This document shows, piece by piece, positions 34,060 to 42,500 of a stretch of DNA of 64,000 bases (within the stretch, counting starts at the first letter, position 1; each line of letters opens with the position of its first letter). The notes beneath the pieces are model-generated. The model was not told the origin of the DNA. It did not search any database and saw only the letters and a program-made list of their open reading frames with translations. This stretch comes from Acidimicrobiia bacterium (GTDB taxonomy: Bacteria > Actinomycetota > Acidimicrobiia > Spongiisociales > ZC4RG35), in contig CBDBCY010000004.1 in the NCBI GenBank assembly GCA_965203555.1, forward strand, positions 2,528,001-2,592,000. The letters run 5' to 3'. The position numbers were made by a program, and so were the translations under genes.

Positions 34060-34215
34060 GTGCGGCGAACCGCACGACGGCACCGGTTATGTGACGAACG
34101 GGTTTCTTCATCGAGACCGAGTCGGGTTTGGCGTCGCCGAATCCGGCGAAGGCGCTGGTCGGCAGGACGGTGTCGAGTTGCCCAGCCCGAATTGGTGGAA
34201 AAAGGCGGTCACCGA

Positions 34216-35898
34216 TTGAGCCGGTTTCTGTCTGACGTGTCGTCGAGTGTGTGGCGGGCTTGCCTCTGGGCGCTGTTGTTGTCGGCCTCGGTGGCGGTGT
34301 TGTGGCTGCCGGTGGGTGGCGGCGCTCGGGCCCAGTCGGTGGTCGCTCCAACGATCGCGCATGTGGCGCCGGGTGACACGGAGTCGAGGGTGGCTTGGAC
34401 GGCGCCTGCGGGGGCGTCCGGGGTGGTGGCCTATGACGTGCGCCATATTCTGATCGGGTTGACCAATGGTGTTTCCTATGACGTGTCGGGGGTCGGGAAC
34501 AGCCTCCCCTCCGGGGAGTGGTCGGCTACCGCTTTGGGGACGCCGGGCGATGCCAACGGTAGGCCGTTCTTCACCGAAGGCGACTTCGCCACCCGTACCG
34601 TGCCGGAGAACACCGGCCCGGGCGTCGACGTCGGCGCGGTGGTGGGGGCCAGCGACCCCGACGACGATCCGCTTTCCTACAGGTTGGACAGCTTGGGCAA
34701 GGCCTTGTTCGATATGGTGGCGTCCACCGGCCAGTTGCAGACGAAGGTCTCGTTCGACTACGAGACGAGGAGGGTTTACTATGCGAGGGTTTTCGTGACA
34801 GACGAAAAGGGGGACGACGGCACGGCCGACACTATGGTCGACGATGTGATCATTTTGACTGTCGAGGTCACCGACGTGAACGAGCCTCCGATGGTGAGCG
34901 GACCGGTCCGCCCTGACGTTGCGGAGGGCCGCCGGGTCGTGGGCAGCGGCTATTCGGCCACCGACCCCGAGGGATCCACACCCTCTTGGTCGTTGTCCGG
35001 CGACGACGCCGCCCGTTTCGTCACGACCGTCACGAACGGTCTGTACCACCTGACCTTCGCGATGCCGCCCGATTTTGAGTCTCCGTCCGACGCTGATGGT
35101 GACAATGTTTACGAGGTGACGGTGGAGGCGTCCGACGGTGCGTTGGTGGGGACGCTGGACGTGGAGGTGATGGTCACCGACGTGAACGAGGTACCGAGCG
35201 GAGGTGGTGGGGGCGGTCCCACCGGCGGCGGTGGTGGTGGGGGTGGTCCGGTTGATGATGGTGGTGGTGGGTTGGAGGTGGCGCCTCCGCGGGCTTCCGA
35301 GTTGTTCGAGGACGTTCCCGAAGGGGTGTGGTACGAGTCGGCGGTGTCGTGGATGATTCTGCACGAGGTCACCCAGGGATGTTCTCCGACCCTGTTCTGT
35401 CCGGATGAGAAACTGACCCGTCAGCAGTTCGTGACGTTTTTGTGGAGAGCGGCCGGTAAACCCTCGGGTGAGTACACGGGATCGGAAGCGTTCTCCGATG
35501 TTGAGGAGGGGGTGTATTCGGACCGGGCGATCGGGTGGGCGGTGGCAGAGGAGATCACCTTGGGATGCACACAGGGTTCGTTCGGTACCGAGGACTGGAG
35601 GTTCTGTCCCACCGACCCGGTCACCCGCGGTCAGATGGCCACTCTGTTGTACCGGCACACCGAAGCCGACTACGTTGGCGCTCCGCCTTCCTATACCGAT
35701 GTGGCGCCCGACAGTTTCTACACGCCCGGTGTGTCCTGGTTGACCGATTTCGAAGTGGTGCCCGGTTGCGGTCCCGACGTGTTCTGCCCAGAGCGGCCCG
35801 CTACCCGCGCCGAGGCCGCCCTGTTCATCAACGGAGTGGCCATCCGCCCCCACATCTGGGGCGAAGGAAACACCAGCTTCATACCCGCCCCCGGCTAG
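34216..35898 (+). CDS. Secreted cell-surface protein: truncated FN3, two cadherin-like domains, Gly linker, S-layer homology repeats
   Basis: Signal peptide ending ARAQ; TVPENT...ASDPDDD...DYE; DVNEPP; FEDVPEGVWY...TRQQFVTFLWR; TRGQMATLLYR. Confidence 0.85.
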   Translation: MSRFLSDVSSSVWRACLWALLLSASVAVLWLPVGGGARAQSVVAPTIAHVAPGDTESRVAWTAPAGASGVVAYDVRHILIGLTNGVSYDVSGVGNSLPSGEWSATALGTPGDANGRPFFTEGDFATRTVPENTGPGVDVGAVVGASDPDDDPLSYRLDSLGKALFDMVASTGQLQTKVSFDYETRRVYYARVFVTDEKGDDGTADTMVDDVIILTVEVTDVNEPPMVSGPVRPDVAEGRRVVGSGYSATDPEGSTPSWSLSGDDAARFVTTVTNGLYHLTFAMPPDFESPSDADGDNVYEVTVEASDGALVGTLDVEVMVTDVNEVPSGGGGGGPTGGGGGGGGPVDDGGGGLEVAPPRASELFEDVPEGVWYESAVSWMILHEVTQGCSPTLFCPDEKLTRQQFVTFLWRAAGKPSGEYTGSEAFSDVEEGVYSDRAIGWAVAEEITLGCTQGSFGTEDWRFCPTDPVTRGQMATLLYRHTEADYVGAPPSYTDVAPDSFYTPGVSWLTDFEVVPGCGPDVFCPERPATRAEAALFINGVAIRPHIWGEGNTSFIPAPG

Positions 35899-35943
35899 AC
35901 GGTCGCTTCCAAGGGGGAGGACAGAATCCTCGCCGGAGACCCA

Positions 35944-36241
35944 AAGAGGGTCTGGGAAAAAACCCGGCTACTGGATCGAGCCGGTGTGCACCACTACCAC
36001 TACCGAAGGCCGTTGGCGCCATCACAGGCGATGGGGCCGGTACTGGCAGCGTGGAACCACCACAACCCACTGCACCAAGCGTGAGTGGGTGCCTGCGCGC
36101 ACCATCTTCTACATGGTGACTGTCCCGGCCACGACGGTAACCAGAACCGAGTGGATCGGTGGCTACTACCAGGAGAACCGCGTGTGGGTGCCTGGCTACT
36201 ACCAGACTCACAGCCGCTGGGTCGCGGGCTGCTACCGATAA
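35944..36241 (+). pseudogene. Fragment of a Trp/Tyr-rich (WxxGYW/YXWGXW-like) repeat protein
   Basis: RVW..PGYW (frameshifted at A6, 35957-35962), EWVPA, EWIGGYY, RVWVPGYY and RWVAGCY. Confidence 0.5.
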
Positions 36242-36246
36242 CGATC

Positions 36247-36316
36247 CACGGGGCCGCTGGAGCGGCGCCGAGATTCCAAGGCTCGGCCTGGCGGGTTCGA
36301 TTCCCGCCCCTCGTGC
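36247..36316 (+). ncRNA. tRNA-like element or pseudo-tRNA (CCA anticodon-like loop)
   Basis: Acceptor CACGGGG/CCTCGTG; T-arm GCGGG-TTCGATT-CCCGC; anticodon stem CCGAG/CTCGG; aberrant D-arm. Confidence 0.5.
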
Positions 36317-36389
36317 TGCAAAGCAACAGGATTCCGAGGTGGCCGTCTACGTAGCGAGGCCGTTGCTATGGGCGCCACCGAGGTGACCA

Positions 36390-36875
36390 ATGAAGGAGTT
36401 GGGCCGGACTTCCCCACCGGTCATCAAGGTAGGCCGAATACCCGGTCTCCGGGAATGGGTAACCGGGATCGTCACCGGTAGGCTCAGTGCAGATGCTCGC
36501 GAACCAGGTCTGTTTCAATGTCGAACCGGGCGGTTATTCCAACTGCAGGGAGACTGCATAGCCCCCTCGGAGGAGTTAGCTGCGGACCTGTATCCGGCCC
36601 GTAATCCACTCGATTCCCCGGTCGGGACGAGGTTGTCGCCCACCCCGGAGACCCTGGAAGAATTGGCGAAGATGGCCGATTCGCTGTTCGTTCAGATGCC
36701 CACCGAGGAGCAAGTGCATTTTCTGAACGTGATCGCCGTGGAAAAGGCAGTCAGGGTCTTCAAACGGCTGGACCCCGCGCTGAGAAGTTTTCTGTTGGAT
36801 CGGATTCCTTCCGAAAGGAGGAAGGCTCTGGATGCCCACTGGGGTGACCAGACCGGGGTGACGCTATCCGCCTGA
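36390..36875 (+). CDS. Hypothetical protein; C-terminal helical segment loosely resembles MgtE N-terminal repeats
   Basis: GAGG RBS before ATG; 161-aa ORF. Confidence 0.45.
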   Translation: MKELGRTSPPVIKVGRIPGLREWVTGIVTGRLSADAREPGLFQCRTGRLFQLQGDCIAPSEELAADLYPARNPLDSPVGTRLSPTPETLEELAKMADSLFVQMPTEEQVHFLNVIAVEKAVRVFKRLDPALRSFLLDRIPSERRKALDAHWGDQTGVTLSA

Positions 36876-37132
36876 CCTTTTCCCGGTCCGCATTCAAACA
36901 TGGCTACACGAGGGGGGATATAGAATCCGTACTGTATTTCCCTATCGGGGGAGCCACTGATCACCCGCGGAAAGGCAGGCGAACGGTGATCGGCTTCAGC
37001 CTGGACAACAATCCGATTGTGGTGATGATCGACTAGGAACGTGAGCTTGTTCTTCACGTGTCCCGATTCGAGAAGAAACACGAGTGGATGCTATGGAGAC
37101 GGTGGGAGGATACTCTTGAGAACTTCAGATGA
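36872..37132 (+). pseudogene. Degenerate BrnT/RelE-like toxin gene
   Basis: FSRSAFKHGYTRGDIESVL...TVIG...LVLH pattern; in-frame TAG at 37034-37036; no canonical start. Confidence 0.5.
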
Positions 37133-38348
37133 TTCTCCACCAGGGGACGGCGAGGACGTCGGGCGTTATCCATTCCAGGGTTTCTCCGGTGTGGAGCAGT
37201 AGACCGGTCCTGGCCTTCTCGGCGTACTGGGTGCGGAAGGTGCGCAGATGTGTGGCGTGCCGCAGGCGGGGCCGCTTGGTGGATTTGACTTCGATCGGCA
37301 GCAGGCTGTCCCGCGTTTCGATTACTAAGTCGACTTCCTCGCCGGTGGTGGCGCGCCAGTGGAAGATCTCGGCGCGGCTGGTGCGGCTGTCACGCCAGCT
37401 CAGCAGATCCTGCAGGACGAGGTTCTCCAGGTGCGCTCCCCGCGGCGTCTCCTCCCCGCAGATGTGCATTGCCAACCCGGTGTCGGCCCAAAAGACCTTG
37501 GGTGCCTTGATCAGTCGCTTGGTCCGGTTGACTGCGTATGCCGGCAGTCGCACCAGCAGATAGGACATCTCCAGAAGATTCAGGTACCGGTGCGCAGTGG
37601 GCTGGGACAGGGCGGCGTCGCGACCGAGTTTCGACTGGTTGAGCAGTTGGCCGGTGCGTAGTCCGGCGACCCTCATCAGGCGCCGGAAGTCGGGCAGGGC
37701 GGCAATGGAGGAGAGCCTCTGCAAGTCCCGCTCCAGGTAGGTGCGGAGATAGCCGTCGAACCAGATCGCCCTCTGACGGTCCGAGTCGAGGTGGAGCGCC
37801 GGATCGGGGAAACCGCCCCGGCGGGCAAGGGCGCGCCAGTCGTCCGGCCGATCCGGGTGGGCCGCCACCAGGTCTGCCCAGTCCCGGTCCTCGGCGTGGA
37901 GCAACTCTTCCCAGATTCCTCCTCGCCCTTCGCCCCCCTGCTCCCGGCGGGTCATCGGCCACAACGTCAGGTATCCGGCGCGGCCGGCCAGAGACTCTGA
38001 GACCTTACGCATCAGCAGCAGGTTGGCCGATCCGGTCAGCAGGAACCTTCCGGGTTGCCGATCCTCGTCGATCACCTGTTTGACCGCGTGCAACAGGCCC
38101 GGTTCACGTTGCACCTCGTCGAGGGTCACCGGCTGGCGGCCTTCCAGGAGAACTCGCGGATCGCGACGCGCAAAATGCAGCACGTCCAAGTCGTCCAGCG
38201 AGTGGAAACGACGTTTGTCCGGTGTCAGCTGTTTGGCCAGGGTGGTCTTTCCCGTTTGCCGGGCGCCGGTCACCACCACCGCGGGCATCACCCCGAGTTG
38301 GTCGGCAAGAGCGGACTGAACCAGGCGCGGTAGCGTAGGTCTATTCAC
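37125..38348 (-). CDS. AAA_14 ATPase with DUF4143 / PD-(D/E)xK C-terminus
   Basis: GARQTGKTT, LDEVQ, LLTGSA, GGFP, KAPKVFWADTG and EVDLV...IEVK motifs. Confidence 0.9.
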   Translation of the reverse strand: MNRPTLPRLVQSALADQLGVMPAVVVTGARQTGKTTLAKQLTPDKRRFHSLDDLDVLHFARRDPRVLLEGRQPVTLDEVQREPGLLHAVKQVIDEDRQPGRFLLTGSANLLLMRKVSESLAGRAGYLTLWPMTRREQGGEGRGGIWEELLHAEDRDWADLVAAHPDRPDDWRALARRGGFPDPALHLDSDRQRAIWFDGYLRTYLERDLQRLSSIAALPDFRRLMRVAGLRTGQLLNQSKLGRDAALSQPTAHRYLNLLEMSYLLVRLPAYAVNRTKRLIKAPKVFWADTGLAMHICGEETPRGAHLENLVLQDLLSWRDSRTSRAEIFHWRATTGEEVDLVIETRDSLLPIEVKSTKRPRLRHATHLRTFRTQYAEKARTGLLLHTGETLEWITPDVLAVPWWRII

Positions 38349-38476
38349 CAGCAGAATGATAATCATTCATCCTGTAGATAATCCAACAAAAAGCGGACGA
38401 CTGGGAAGGGGGATCCAGGCTGTTCCTGCTCAGGGAGACGACTCGGGCCGAGGGGGCGGCACAGGAGTCCAAGGGG

Positions 38477-38549
38477 TGGGTCGCCGGGGACTCGAACCCC
38501 GAACCTGCGGGTTAAGAGCCCGTTGCTCTGCCAATTGAGCTAGCGACCC
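38477..38549 (-). tRNA. tRNA-Lys(CTT)
   Basis: GGGTCGCTAGCTCAATTGGCAGAGC...CT-CTT-AA...GGTTCGAGTCC cloverleaf. Confidence 0.96.
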
Positions 38550-38636
38550 GAACTCCATGATAGTGGGTCGGAATCGGCCCGTGGTTGTATAAAGAACTGG
38601 CGCGGTGTCACTGTTTTGTGCCAAAATGGGACACTA

Positions 38637-38710
38637 CGGGCTGTGGCGCAGCTTGGCAGCGCGCCTGCTTTGGGAGCAGGAGGTCGTCGGTTCAAATCCG
38701 ACCAGCCCGA
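38637..38710 (+). tRNA. tRNA-Pro(TGG)
   Basis: CGGGCTG acceptor; CCTGC-TT-TGG-GA-GCAGG; GGTTCAAATCC. Confidence 0.96.
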
Positions 38711-38773
38711 CGGGACGCAAAATGCCGATGATCGTCAAGGCAGGGGGCCGCTACCCTTGTCGTGGTGTTACTG

Positions 38774-38846
<73 letters not shown>

Positions 38847-38873
38847 GAGGGACTTCCCTTGGTGAGCGCCAGA

Positions 38874-38946
38874 GCCCCCGTAGCTCAGAGGACAGAGCAG
38901 GAGCCTTCTAAGCTCTTGGCCGGGGGTTCGAATCCTCCCGGGGGCG
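38874..38946 (+). tRNA. tRNA-Arg(TCT)
   Basis: GCCCCCG acceptor; GGAGC-CT-TCT-AA-GCTCT; GGTTCGAATCC. Confidence 0.95.
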
Positions 38947-38966
38947 CCGGGGAGGTCCCCCTGCAT

Positions 38967-39045
38967 GGCGACCGTAGCTCAGTCAGGTTAGAGCGCCAGG
39001 TTGTGGCCCTGGAGGACGGGGGTTCAAGTCCCCTCGGTCGTCCCA
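38967..39045 (+). tRNA. tRNA-His(GTG)
   Basis: G-1; CCAGG-TT-GTG-GC-CCTGG; GGTTCAAGTCC; encoded CCA. Confidence 0.95.
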
Positions 39046-39087
39046 CATATCTCGTCGCGAGGTCCGGATGAACGAAGAACCTATCTT

Positions 39088-40587
39088 GTGAACTTCGACG
39101 TTGCTTTCGCTGATGTCGGTCCCTTCGAGAAGATGGTCTCCTTCGAGATCTCTTCAGTGGACCTGAACCACGCCATGAACCGGGCTTCCCGCCGGATTTC
39201 CCGCGAAGTCAACTTCCCGGGATTCCGTCCCGGGCGAGCTCCCCGCCGATTGGTGGAGCGCCGCGTCGGCGTCGAGCGGTTGAAGGCCGACGCCTTGGAT
39301 GACCTGGTTCCCGCCCGGGTCGGCGCGGTGCTGGCCCAGACCGAGATCTCTCCGGTGGTGCCACCTTTATTGGAGTCGGTTACGGACACCGTGAACGGCG
39401 CGGTGAAGGTAGAGGTGAGAGTGACCACTTGGCCTCGACTCGAATCGGTGCCGACCTACCGCGGCAGGCAGATCCAGGTTCCGGCGCTTCCTCCGGTCTC
39501 CGAGGAGGTGGATGACCGCTTGACGCAGCTTCGCCACATGTATGCGCCGCTGCAGACGGTGGAGCGCCCTGTAGAGGAGGGAGATTTCGTGATCATCGAC
39601 ATGACCGTGAAAGAGGGTGAGCAACTCATCGAGTCTCTTGCCCTGGACGGCTTCAGCTATGAAGTTGGCTCAGAGAGGCTGACCCCCCACATCGATGAAA
39701 GCCTGCTGGGGCGGCAGGCGGGTGAGGAGATCCAAGTCTCCGCTCCCCTGCCTCATTGGCTCTATCCCGACCGCCAACTCGAGGACGGGTCGGCGCAGGA
39801 GGAGGAGTGGTGGTCGGACGATGACCCCGAGGATGGGTACGACGGGCTCTATGAGATCCGGGTTGCCGAGGTGCAGTCCCGTCTATTGCCGGAACTGGAC
39901 GACGAGTGGGCGTCGGAGTACACCGGCTACGACTCCCTGGAAGAGTTGCGGGAAGAAATGCGGGAAGAGGTGGAAGAGCAACGCAATGCCGCCCAATGGG
40001 AGATGTTGGTTGCTGAAACCGTGAAGGAGATGACCGACGATCTTGGAATGGACCTGCCGGAGCGATTGGAATCGGCGCAGACGGAGTTGCTGTTCCGCAA
40101 CCACCTCGATTCGCTGGAGAGATCCAAAACGGACTACGAGACCTACCTGGAGCGCACCGGTCTCAGCCATGAGCAGTTCCTAGAGGGCCTGAGAAGTCGG
40201 GCGGTGGCCGGATTGAAGGCCCGGATTCTCATAGAGGGGGTGATCGAATCCGAGGGTTTGGTGGTGGATGACATGCAGGTATTGGATGCCCTGCGCCAGA
40301 TAGCCCAGGATGCCGAGGATCCGGAGGAGCTCCGGCGGGAGGTGGAAAAAGGTGTCCACACCGAACAGATCCGAGCTGATATGCTCAGATCCAGGGCACA
40401 GGCTCTCATGGCCATGCAGGTGCAGCCCGTAGACCCCCAGGGCCGGCCGGTGCGGATTGAAGCACCCGCCTGGGTGAAAGCGTGGTTCAGCCCTGCGACC
40501 GTGCCGACCGAGATTTTGGAACCAGGGGCCGAGGTGGGAGAGGCCCTCTATGAAGCGGAGATAATTGATGAACCATATCCTGACTGA
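39088..40587 (+). CDS. tig: Trigger factor
   Basis: [10 protein letters not shown] ribosome-binding motif, LPELDDEWA; upstream of clpP-clpX. Confidence 0.92.
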   Translation: MNFDVAFADVGPFEKMVSFEISSVDLNHAMNRASRRISREVNFPGFRPGRAPRRLVERRVGVERLKADALDDLVPARVGAVLAQTEISPVVPPLLESVTDTVNGAVKVEVRVTTWPRLESVPTYRGRQIQVPALPPVSEEVDDRLTQLRHMYAPLQTVERPVEEGDFVIIDMTVKEGEQLIESLALDGFSYEVGSERLTPHIDESLLGRQAGEEIQVSAPLPHWLYPDRQLEDGSAQEEEWWSDDDPEDGYDGLYEIRVAEVQSRLLPELDDEWASEYTGYDSLEELREEMREEVEEQRNAAQWEMLVAETVKEMTDDLGMDLPERLESAQTELLFRNHLDSLERSKTDYETYLERTGLSHEQFLEGLRSRAVAGLKARILIEGVIESEGLVVDDMQVLDALRQIAQDAEDPEELRREVEKGVHTEQIRADMLRSRAQALMAMQVQPVDPQGRPVRIEAPAWVKAWFSPATVPTEILEPGAEVGEALYEAEIIDEPYPD

Positions 40588-41221
40588 GCCACCCTTCTCG
40601 ACCCCTCGCTTTGGAGGCTATGTCCCGGTCCCTCATGTGACGGAACAGACCAGCAGGGGAGAACGAACCTCGGACATTTACAGTCGGCTGCTCAAGGATC
40701 GCATAGTTTTCCTTGGCACTCCCATCGACGACACCGTGGCCAATCTGATCATGGCCCAGATGCTGCACCTGGAGAGCGAGGACCCCGACAAGGACATCTT
40801 CTTGTACATAAACTCGCCCGGTGGGCAGATGACGTCCCTTTTTGCCCTGTACGACACCATGCAGTATGTGAGGCCGGACATCAGCACCGTCTGTATGGGC
40901 ATGGCTGCCTCGGCCGCAGCGGTGTTGCTGGCGGGGGGCGCCAAGGGAAAACGGTATGCGCTTCCCCACGCCCGGGTAATGCTGCACCAGCCCCACGGCG
41001 GAGCTTCGGGCCAGGCCACCGACATCGAGATCCAGGCCCGGTTGATACTGCAGATGAGGGAGCAGACCAACAACATCCTTTCCCGGCACACCGGCCAGCC
41101 CTTGGAGAAGGTGGCCAAGGACACCGACCGGGACTTTTGGATGATGGCTGACGAGGCAGCAGACTATGGAGTGATCGATCGGGTCCTCAGCCGCCAGACC
41201 CTCTCCGCAGTGGGTAACTAG
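40568..41221 (+). CDS. clpP: ATP-dependent Clp protease proteolytic subunit
   Basis: [26 protein letters not shown] and MLHQP motifs. Confidence 0.97.
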   Translation: MNHILTEPPFSTPRFGGYVPVPHVTEQTSRGERTSDIYSRLLKDRIVFLGTPIDDTVANLIMAQMLHLESEDPDKDIFLYINSPGGQMTSLFALYDTMQYVRPDISTVCMGMAASAAAVLLAGGAKGKRYALPHARVMLHQPHGGASGQATDIEIQARLILQMREQTNNILSRHTGQPLEKVAKDTDRDFWMMADEAADYGVIDRVLSRQTLSAVGN

Positions 41222-41228
41222 GTTTCCG

Positions 41229-42485
41229 ATGGCTCGGGAAGGAACGGATCTTCTCAAGTGCAGCTTTTGCGGGCAGTCTCAAAAGCAGGTCTTGAAGTTG
41301 ATCGCCGGTCCGGGCGTATACATCTGCAACGAATGCATCGATCTGTGCAACGAGATCATCGAGGAGGAGACATCCTCTGACGGATACCGGGTGGAGGAAC
41401 TTCCCAATCCCGCCGACATCTACAAATACCTCGATTCCTACGTGGTCGGCCAAGAGACAGCGAAGCGCTCTCTGGCGGTGGCGGTCTACAACCACTACAA
41501 ACGTTTGCGTCTGGCCGCTCGCACCCACTCGGAGGTCGAGGTGGAGAAGTCCAATGTGTTGCTGGTGGGGCCGACCGGGTCGGGCAAGACGCTGCTGGCC
41601 CGGACCCTCGCTCGCCAACTGAACGTCCCCATTGCCATAACCGACGCCACTGCTCTGACCGAGGCCGGCTATGTGGGAGAGGATGTGGAAAACATCCTGC
41701 TCAGGCTGGTGCAGGCCGCCGACTATGACATAAAACTGGCGCAGACCGGGATCGTCTATATCGATGAGATCGACAAGGTGGCTCGCAAGTCGGACAACCC
41801 GTCCATTACCCGCGACGTCTCCGGAGAGGGAGTCCAGCAGGCTTTGCTGAAGATTCTGGAGGGCACGGTTGCCTCGGTGCCTCCCCAGGGAGGACGCAAA
41901 CATCCGCACCAGGAGTTTCTGCAACTGGACACCACCGACGTGTTGTTTATCTGCGGCGGCGCGTTCGATGGTTTGGAGGACATCATCAGCCGCCGGGTGG
42001 GAAGCGGTTCGGTGGGATTCGGGGCTGACATAAAGTCCCGCTCTGACCAGGACAACGGAGACCTGCTGCGCCAGGTGGTCCCGGCCGATCTGATCAAATA
42101 CGGTCTGATTCCCGAGTTCATCGGCCGTCTGCCGGTGTTGAGCGCCGTCCATCCCCTTGATGTGGACGACCTGGTGAAAATCCTGCAGGAGCCTCGCAAC
42201 GCCCTGGTCAAGCAATATCGTCACCTCCTGGATCTGGACGATGTGGAACTGATATTCACTCCCCAGGCGTTGAACGAGATAGCCGAGCAGGCTGTTGCCC
42301 GCGGAACCGGGGCCCGGGGCCTGCGGGCGATAATGGAAGACCTGTTGCGCGACCTGATGTTCCAGGCGCCCACCCGTGCGGACATGCGTAGGGTGGTGGT
42401 GGACCATTTGATGGTGAGGGAGGGAAATGTGGCTTCTATCAGGGACGCTCGGTCCAGCAAACGCCAGCGGGAACAGACCGCCTGA
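41229..42485 (+). CDS. clpX: Clp protease ATP-binding subunit ClpX
   Basis: CSFCG zinc finger, [22 protein letters not shown]. Confidence 0.98.
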   Translation: MAREGTDLLKCSFCGQSQKQVLKLIAGPGVYICNECIDLCNEIIEEETSSDGYRVEELPNPADIYKYLDSYVVGQETAKRSLAVAVYNHYKRLRLAARTHSEVEVEKSNVLLVGPTGSGKTLLARTLARQLNVPIAITDATALTEAGYVGEDVENILLRLVQAADYDIKLAQTGIVYIDEIDKVARKSDNPSITRDVSGEGVQQALLKILEGTVASVPPQGGRKHPHQEFLQLDTTDVLFICGGAFDGLEDIISRRVGSGSVGFGADIKSRSDQDNGDLLRQVVPADLIKYGLIPEFIGRLPVLSAVHPLDVDDLVKILQEPRNALVKQYRHLLDLDDVELIFTPQALNEIAEQAVARGTGARGLRAIMEDLLRDLMFQAPTRADMRRVVVDHLMVREGNVASIRDARSSKRQREQTA

Positions 42486-42500
42486 GTCGCTTGGGCGACC

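Noticed and set aside
33810-34094. 94-aa ORF beginning MGNPPYVR as a silent TRD cassette gene
   Set aside because: After the motif it reads through ISL3 remnant and promoter DNA with no TRD-like sequence; only the 21-nt match is kept as a finding.
35199-35270. GGT/GGC-rich repeat as a phase-variation tract
   Set aside because: Imperfect trinucleotide repeat encoding an in-frame poly-Gly linker; slippage would not shift the frame.
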